NCBI GenBank assembly: GCA_002305545.1
Contig: DBRG01000023.1
Location: 132,994-196,993, forward strand
DNA: 64,000 nucleotides
Direction of reading: 5' to 3'
Source of the DNA: Bacteroidales bacterium UBA1374
GTDB lineage: Bacteria > Bacteroidota > Bacteroidia > Bacteroidales > UBA932
Shown here: positions 58,689-64,000 of the stretch, piece by piece
How the letters are laid out: every line of letters starts with the position of its first letter
How positions within the stretch are numbered: position 1 is the stretch's first letter
Notes under the pieces: model-generated
Told to the model about the DNA's origin: nothing
Databases searched by the model: none
What the model saw: the letters and a program-made list of their open reading frames with translations, nothing else
Translations under genes and position numbers: made by a program

Positions 58689-59619
58689 GCATATTGCATC
58701 CCCGGCGTTCTGCGTCGGGGATCCTTCCCAGAACCTGGAATTGTCCCCCGGGAATCCGGAACCCCAGGTCTTCTGTTTCTATGAACGAACATGAATGGCT
58801 GTTTGCCGTATCAATGATGTTAATGCCGCCTGCAGAGCCATCGGGCTCCGGTGAAAACGGATCCTGCAAGTTCCGGATCATGACCTGCATGGAAGGAGGA
58901 CATCTGAAAAAAAGATCATCTGTGCAGGCATAAGCCTGGGAAAACAACTCGGCCATGCCATATTCGCTGTGGATGGGACTATAGGGAAAACCCCGGCGCA
59001 AACGCTCATGGAGTGCTTCCCGGGTCAGTTCTGTTCCCCTGCCTTTCATGCCGCCGGTTTCCACAACAATAAGTCCGGGGTGACCAAGGGTGAATTTTTC
59101 AACAAAATCAAGCAGGGCAAATGTTGCCCCTATCAGCCAGACAGGCTTACCCAGGGTAGAAAGATCCAGCAGCCTGCGGTATAATGCTTCCTGTTCGGAT
59201 AAATAAAATCCGTCTGCTCCCGTTCCGCTTTTTTCCATGAGCACCTGCATCATATAAACCAGCGACGATCCCGGTCTTTCCAGGTAAGAGGGCAACAGGG
59301 CCAGGATGGTGTACCGGGAGGGATCACCGTAAAAAAAGCGGAAAATATCCAGCACATTCTTTCCATAACGGTCCAGACTATCAACGTAATGTCGTGAAGG
59401 AACCATGCCGGTTGTGGCGGAGCTGGTAAAAATATGCGCATGCGGACCGGGAGCGTTATACACCCTGTGCGTTTTGAAAAACCGGATAGGCAGAAAAGGA
59501 ATATCTTCAGGGAAATTCACCTTTAAAGGATCAACGCCCAGCAATTCCAGGTACCTGGCATATACAGCGGTGTGTTTTGCCTGGTAGCGGAACAGCTCAA
59601 GAAGCTCATAATTTTTCAT
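58672..59619 (-). CDS. LuxE-like acyl-protein synthetase / adenylate-forming enzyme
   Basis: Motifs FTSSATTG, VETGGMKGR and SEYGMAE are present. ATG 59619 (MKNYELLELF) overlaps the GH3 gene by 14 nt. Confidence 0.7.
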   Translation of the reverse strand: MKNYELLELFRYQAKHTAVYARYLELLGVDPLKVNFPEDIPFLPIRFFKTHRVYNAPGPHAHIFTSSATTGMVPSRHYVDSLDRYGKNVLDIFRFFYGDPSRYTILALLPSYLERPGSSLVYMMQVLMEKSGTGADGFYLSEQEALYRRLLDLSTLGKPVWLIGATFALLDFVEKFTLGHPGLIVVETGGMKGRGTELTREALHERLRRGFPYSPIHSEYGMAELFSQAYACTDDLFFRCPPSMQVMIRNLQDPFSPEPDGSAGGINIIDTANSHSCSFIETEDLGFRIPGGQFQVLGRIPDAERRGCNMLIDIS

Positions 59620-61138
59620 TGATTTCAAGCAAGGCTTCAACATAGTCACGGTTGCTCCACAACCGGGGAACTTTACTTTGACCTCCCAGTTTGTCATTCA
59701 TGGCCAGCCAGCGGTAAAAACTGCCTTTTTTCATGCTCGTTATCTGTGGAGGATCCATAGTGCCCGTGTCCAGTCTTTTAGCATGGTAATCGGAATTCAC
59801 ATCCATCAGTGACCGGTCCAGGATCCCTTTGAAAACTGCGGGATCGGGGGGCACGGTTTCAAATTCAATAAGCCATTGATGGGCGCCTTTTTTTTGTCCG
59901 TCCATGTAGACAGGGGCGACGGTATATTCATGAACGCTTGCCCCGGTAAGGTTGCAGGCGCGAGCCAGTGCCCTTTCTGCATTTTCTATCATCAGCTCTT
60001 CGCCAAAAGTATTGATGAACAGTTTGGTACGGCCGGTAATCATGATCTTGTGCGGGTTGCGCTGCGTAAAGCGAATGGTGTCGCCTATCAGGTATCGCCA
60101 CAATCCGGAGCTGGTAGATATGACCAGGGCGTAGGGCTGGTCAGTTTGAACCTCCTGCAAGGTCAGGAACCTTGTGTATGAGCCGTTTTGAGCGGCTTCC
60201 AACTTGTCCATTGGAATGAATTCATAGAAAACGTCCACATTGGGCAGCAGTTGCAGGCCGGGATCCTCCAGGTCTGTCTGGAATGCAAAAAATCCTTCCG
60301 AAGCATTGTACGTTTCCATGTAATGCATATTTTTGGACGGAAAGAGTTCCTTATAGTGAACCCGGTACGGCTCAAAACATACCCCTCCGTGCATGAAAAG
60401 TTCCATGTTTGGCCATAACTCATGGAGGTTTTTTTTGCCGCTTTGTTCCAGGACTTTGCGCATCAGGATCAGGTTCCAGGAAGGTACCCCGGAAAAACTG
60501 ACCAGGTTTTGACCGGATATCAGGCGGCTCACCTTTTCAATTTTATATTCAAAGTCGGGAATAAGCCCCATCTTCTTGCCCGGGGTGGTAAAGAACCTGG
60601 CTATAAGGGGTGTGTTGATGATTAAAAAAGCCGATAAATCCCCGAAGCAACAATTGGAGTCCACGCTTTTGTCTATGTGACGGTTTCCCCCAAGGGTCAG
60701 TGATTTTCCCATGAAAAGACGCGATTTGGGGAACGTCCTCACATAATTGGAAAGCATGGTAAGCATCCCTTTATAATGGCATGAATTCAGGTTTTCCCTG
60801 TTTATGGGGATGAACTTGGACCGTGCAGAGGAAGTGCCGCTGGACAGGGCGAACCAGTAGACAGGCATGTCCCAGAGTACATTTTCAATCCCTTTGAGGC
60901 TTTGTTTGATGTAAGGTTCCAGCATGTCGTAGTCATGCAGTGGGATTCTTTCCTGGAATGCCCGGATATCCTCAATTTCTGCCATCTTGTAGGTTTCACC
61001 GAACAGGGTGTTTGCCCCATGGCTTAGCAGATGGCGTAAGGTTGCCTCCTGGAACGGGACAGGATCCCGGGATGAAAGGTCCAGCTCTTTTAGCAATTTT
61101 CTGTTGTAAAGCGTGTAAGCCGAGTTAAGTAAAGACAT
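59606..61138 (-). CDS. GH3-family (auxin-responsive-promoter-like) adenylating amido synthetase homolog
   Basis: The N-terminal pattern is ATLRHLLSHGANTLFGETY...IRAFQERIPLHDYDMLEPYI, followed by SSGTSSARSKFIP. Length is 510 aa. Confidence 0.75.
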   Translation of the reverse strand: MSLLNSAYTLYNRKLLKELDLSSRDPVPFQEATLRHLLSHGANTLFGETYKMAEIEDIRAFQERIPLHDYDMLEPYIKQSLKGIENVLWDMPVYWFALSSGTSSARSKFIPINRENLNSCHYKGMLTMLSNYVRTFPKSRLFMGKSLTLGGNRHIDKSVDSNCCFGDLSAFLIINTPLIARFFTTPGKKMGLIPDFEYKIEKVSRLISGQNLVSFSGVPSWNLILMRKVLEQSGKKNLHELWPNMELFMHGGVCFEPYRVHYKELFPSKNMHYMETYNASEGFFAFQTDLEDPGLQLLPNVDVFYEFIPMDKLEAAQNGSYTRFLTLQEVQTDQPYALVISTSSGLWRYLIGDTIRFTQRNPHKIMITGRTKLFINTFGEELMIENAERALARACNLTGASVHEYTVAPVYMDGQKKGAHQWLIEFETVPPDPAVFKGILDRSLMDVNSDYHAKRLDTGTMDPPQITSMKKGSFYRWLAMNDKLGGQSKVPRLWSNRDYVEALLEINEKL

Positions 61139-61152
61139 AGATCACAAAGTTA

Positions 61153-61881
61153 CTAAAGAAAAACTTGATGCAATATGTCCAGGGAGCGGATCTCCGGCGT
61201 TTTACCCAAATGATAGCTATAATAGGACATCAGGCTGTTGAGGAAATGATGGCGTCTTGATCCCGAACAGGACAAAAGCCGGATCTCTCCCGAAGGGCAT
61301 GACAGGACCTGCTGCAGCAACAGGGAGTCCTCTTTGTCAAAAGCGCCGGACAGCAAATCGGGAGTATCACAAAAACAGGCCTTCCCAATATGAAAATACT
61401 TCCTGTCCGCGGAAAAGCTTTCCGCGTCGGGTGCGTATCCCAGGTAACGGCACAGACGGACGGCAAAATAGAGGTGCAGATCGGCAAGTTCTGTTCCCGC
61501 ACGGTCAAGGTCCAGTATCGTATTGGTCACAAAGCCGAACAACTCCCGGTTTTCCTCCGATTCCCTTACTGTTTTGTACAACAGCTCGCTTATGAACAGG
61601 GATATGCTGCTTTTGCGCACATCGGAGCACAAGTTTTCCAGCAGGTGAATCTTCTGGTACTCTTTCAGCTGGTTCAGTTCCCGTTTTGCATGAAAATACG
61701 TGCGTGTATCGAGTATGCTCAGCGGGTGGAACAGGGAAGCCAGGGCGCGGTTGCGCACCGTGCGGATACCTTTGACCAAAAAATCGGCCCGCCCCCAGGT
61801 GTCGGTATAGGCATTGACAAGCAAGCTGGTTTCCCGGTACGGCCTGGTGTTCAGCACAATGAGTGTGAGCGGGTTAATCAT
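61153..61881 (-). CDS. recO: DNA repair protein RecO
   Basis: The N-terminal OB pattern is IVLNTRPYRETSLLVNAYTDTWGRADFLVKG. Length is 242 aa. Confidence 0.85.
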   Translation of the reverse strand: MINPLTLIVLNTRPYRETSLLVNAYTDTWGRADFLVKGIRTVRNRALASLFHPLSILDTRTYFHAKRELNQLKEYQKIHLLENLCSDVRKSSISLFISELLYKTVRESEENRELFGFVTNTILDLDRAGTELADLHLYFAVRLCRYLGYAPDAESFSADRKYFHIGKACFCDTPDLLSGAFDKEDSLLLQQVLSCPSGEIRLLSCSGSRRHHFLNSLMSYYSYHLGKTPEIRSLDILHQVFL

Positions 61882-62447
61882 GGGAATGCGAGGGCCATTT
61901 TTTCCAGGGCCCTTTTTCTGTGCGATATGGCGTTTTTATCTGTTTCTGTCATTTGGGCAAACGATTGATTAAAGCCCAGGGGAACAAACACGGGATCATA
62001 TCCGAATCCACCGTTCCCCCTGGGTGCCGTGAGAATGGACCCCTGGACGATTCCCTCAAACAGGGAGGGATGCCCGTCTCGGATCAGGGCTATAACACAG
62101 CGGAAACGCGCCTTTCTGCAAGCAAGACCTTCCATTTCTCTCAATAATTTTTTCACATTCTCCTGGTGGGAACACGCAGGACCGGCATATCGGGCAGAAT
62201 AAACCCCGGGGGCCCCGTTTAGGGCATCGACTTCCAGGCCCGTATCGTCCGCAAAACAGGGAATATGGAAAATATCCCATATGAAACGGGCTTTTTGCAA
62301 TGCGTTTTCTTCAAGGGTAAGGCCTGTTTCAGGTATTTCACCGGAAAAGCCCAGAGATGACGGCATAATTATTGAAACAGAGGGACCCAGTATGGTGGAG
62401 GCTTCGTGACACTTGTGTACATTGGCCGAGGCAAAGAGTAATTCCAT
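61878..62447 (-). CDS. rdgB: Non-canonical purine NTP pyrophosphatase (RdgB/Ham1)
   Basis: Motifs FASANVHK, ADDTGLEVDALNGAPGVYSARY, GFGYDPVF and SHR are present. ATG 62447 is preferred because the TTG at 62453 lies inside the promoter motif. Confidence 0.9.
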   Translation of the reverse strand: MELLFASANVHKCHEASTILGPSVSIIMPSSLGFSGEIPETGLTLEENALQKARFIWDIFHIPCFADDTGLEVDALNGAPGVYSARYAGPACSHQENVKKLLREMEGLACRKARFRCVIALIRDGHPSLFEGIVQGSILTAPRGNGGFGYDPVFVPLGFNQSFAQMTETDKNAISHRKRALEKMALAFP

Positions 62448-62450
62448 ACT

Positions 62451-62458
62451 CAAAGATA
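62451..62458 (-). promoter_or_regulatory. -7 promoter element TATCTTTG for the rdgB-recO-GH3-luxE-like operon
   Basis: Exact TAnnTTTG on the minus strand, 3 nt from ATG 62447. Confidence 0.45.
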
Positions 62459-62471
62459 TAAAGAATTGGTG

Positions 62472-62479
62472 TAAATTTG
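62472..62479 (+). promoter_or_regulatory. -7 promoter element TAAATTTG for the S41 peptidase
   Basis: Exact TAnnTTTG, 20 nt upstream of ATG 62500. Confidence 0.4.
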
Positions 62480-62499
62480 TCCGCTAAATATTTATTAAA

Positions 62500-64000
62500 A
62501 TGAGAATTAAAGCAATACTTGTCTCCCTGTTCCTGCCCTTTTTGCTCCATGCACAGGGTGCCGAATTCAATACCTCCAGGAGCCTGGATATATTTCATTC
62601 CCTCCTGCGGGAGATTTCACTCTATTATGTCGACTCGGTGGCCCTAGACCAGCTGGTGTATACCGGAATTGAAGCCATGCTCTCCACAATGGATCCCTAT
62701 ACCGAGTTCATTCCCGAGGAAGAGAATGAATCTATTGAAATGATGACTACCGGAAGTTACGGAGGAGTGGGCGCCCTGATCAAGAAACGTCCGGGCGAAG
62801 GAGTGCTTGTCTCGGAACCCTATGCCGGTTCGCCTGCCGCCAAGGCCGGGTTGATCGCAGGAGATGTGATCCTGGCAATAAACGGGGAATCTGTATTGGA
62901 CCTGACGGCTGATGAGTGCAGCACCCGAATGAAGGGAGTCCCGGGAACAAAAGTGAACTTTTTAGTTGACCGGCTCATGGAAAACGACACCATATCCATT
63001 ACCGTGGTCAGGGAAAAAGTGCACATATCGGATGTAGGGCTGGCCTGCATGATGGATGACAACATTGCTTATATCAGGATGACAGGCTTCACCCAGGGAG
63101 GGGCCGCCGATGTACGGAAAGCCCTGAAGGAGATGAAAACGAACGACCCGGTCAGGGGCATTATTCTGGATTTACGTGGTAACGGAGGTGGACTGATGGA
63201 CGAGGCAGTAAAAGTCCTGTCCATTTTCCTGCCAAAGAACACCATGGTGGTTTCTGCCAGGGGACGTGTTCAGCGCTTTGATGTAGAGTATTATACAAAA
63301 GAAGAGCCGCTGGATACGGAAACTCCTTTGGTGGTTTTGGTCAACAACGGATCCGCTTCTTCATCGGAGATCGTCGCAGGGGCTATCCAGGACTTAAAAA
63401 GAGGGGTCATTGTGGGAGAGAAGACTTTTGGCAAAGGACTGGTACAGACCATACGCCCCCTGAGTTACAACGCGAACCTGAAAATCACTACGGCCAAGTA
63501 TTACATTCCCAGCGGGAGGTGCGTACAGTCGCTGGATTACAGAAAAAGAAACGGTGACGGAACCCCCGGACAGAACGAAAACGGAGGCATTATACCAGAC
63601 TCCCTGGTTCCCCTGCCCATGTACAGCCGTATCGCCATGGAACTTGTGGCCAGGGACTACCTGCATGACTATTCCATTATTTATTATACCCGTAACAAGT
63701 CCATCCCACCGGCAGAATCGTTCTATCTGAGCGATGAGGATTACCTTGATTTTGTAAAGGAGACAGCCGCAAAGGAATTTGACGATCGCAGCGCCACAGA
63801 GATTCTGCTGGAAACATTTTCCCGGACAGCAAAAGCAGAAGGATACGATGCCCTGCTTGAAAAAGAGATTGCTGTATTACAGGAGCGCCTGCTCACAGAC
63901 AAAAGCCAGGACCTGATCCATTACCGTAAGGAAATCAAGCCACTGCTTGAAGAAGAGATAAGCTGCCGCTATTACCTGCAGGAAGGCCGCCTGAGAAGCA
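62500..64000 (+). CDS. ctp: Carboxy-terminal processing (S41) peptidase, 3' end cut by window edge
   Basis: This ORF is not in the supplied ORF track because it has no stop in the window. My translation is MRIKAILVSLFLPFLLHAQG..., with the PDZ region GSPAAKAGLIAGDVILAING, then DLRGNGGG, and the catalytic region GSASSSEIVAGAIQD...GEKTFGKG. Confidence 0.88.
   Translation, partial: MRIKAILVSLFLPFLLHAQGAEFNTSRSLDIFHSLLREISLYYVDSVALDQLVYTGIEAMLSTMDPYTEFIPEEENESIEMMTTGSYGGVGALIKKRPGEGVLVSEPYAGSPAAKAGLIAGDVILAINGESVLDLTADECSTRMKGVPGTKVNFLVDRLMENDTISITVVREKVHISDVGLACMMDDNIAYIRMTGFTQGGAADVRKALKEMKTNDPVRGIILDLRGNGGGLMDEAVKVLSIFLPKNTMVVSARGRVQRFDVEYYTKEEPLDTETPLVVLVNNGSASSSEIVAGAIQDLKRGVIVGEKTFGKGLVQTIRPLSYNANLKITTAKYYIPSGRCVQSLDYRKRNGDGTPGQNENGGIIPDSLVPLPMYSRIAMELVARDYLHDYSIIYYTRNKSIPPAESFYLSDEDYLDFVKETAAKEFDDRSATEILLETFSRTAKAEGYDALLEKEIAVLQERLLTDKSQDLIHYRKEIKPLLEEEISCRYYLQEGRLRS

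Overview
This window reads as a gene-dense, mostly housekeeping chromosomal segment of a Bacteroidota (Bacteroidales-like) genome. That assignment is an inference from gene content (GH95, DUF4271, DUF2723, GH3-family, SecDF fusion, OlsF-like acyltransferase). It is also supported by 15 exact copies of the Bacteroidota -7 promoter motif TAnnTTTG just upstream of start codons. I call 50 protein-coding genes, one of them interrupted by an in-frame TGA, and 4 tRNAs: Pro-TGG, Ser-GCT and tandem Gln-CTG/Gln-TTG. I also call three intrinsic terminators and several long intergenic palindromes. Core functions present include dnaE, secDF, groES/groEL, sufBCD, class II RNR, ispD/ispE, tyrS, uvrC, recO, rnr, gpmI, rnpA/yidD, tadA and thiL. 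I found no CRISPR array, integrase, transposase, phage gene, toxin-antitoxin pair or recognisable defence system, and I cannot honestly claim a clearly novel multi-gene system. The observations most worth a second look are listed here.
- A GHKL(RsbW-like)-GNAT multidomain gene is split by a single in-frame TGA. It lies convergent to an ABC ATPase that carries an unusual C-terminal module.
- Two PnuC-family transporters sit in odd contexts. One is translationally coupled inside sufB-sufC; the other is coupled to a 968-aa HExxH/beta-propeller exported protein.
- Five genes have TAnnTTTG only 3-6 nt from the ATG, which implies leaderless mRNAs.
- Three long intergenic palindromes lack U-tracts, and two of them share a loop motif.
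- Two operons are tightly packed and poorly understood: rdgB-recO-GH3-LuxE-like, and S41-S28-DUF2156.

All coordinates and motif counts were derived by hand from the sequence. No database search was run.
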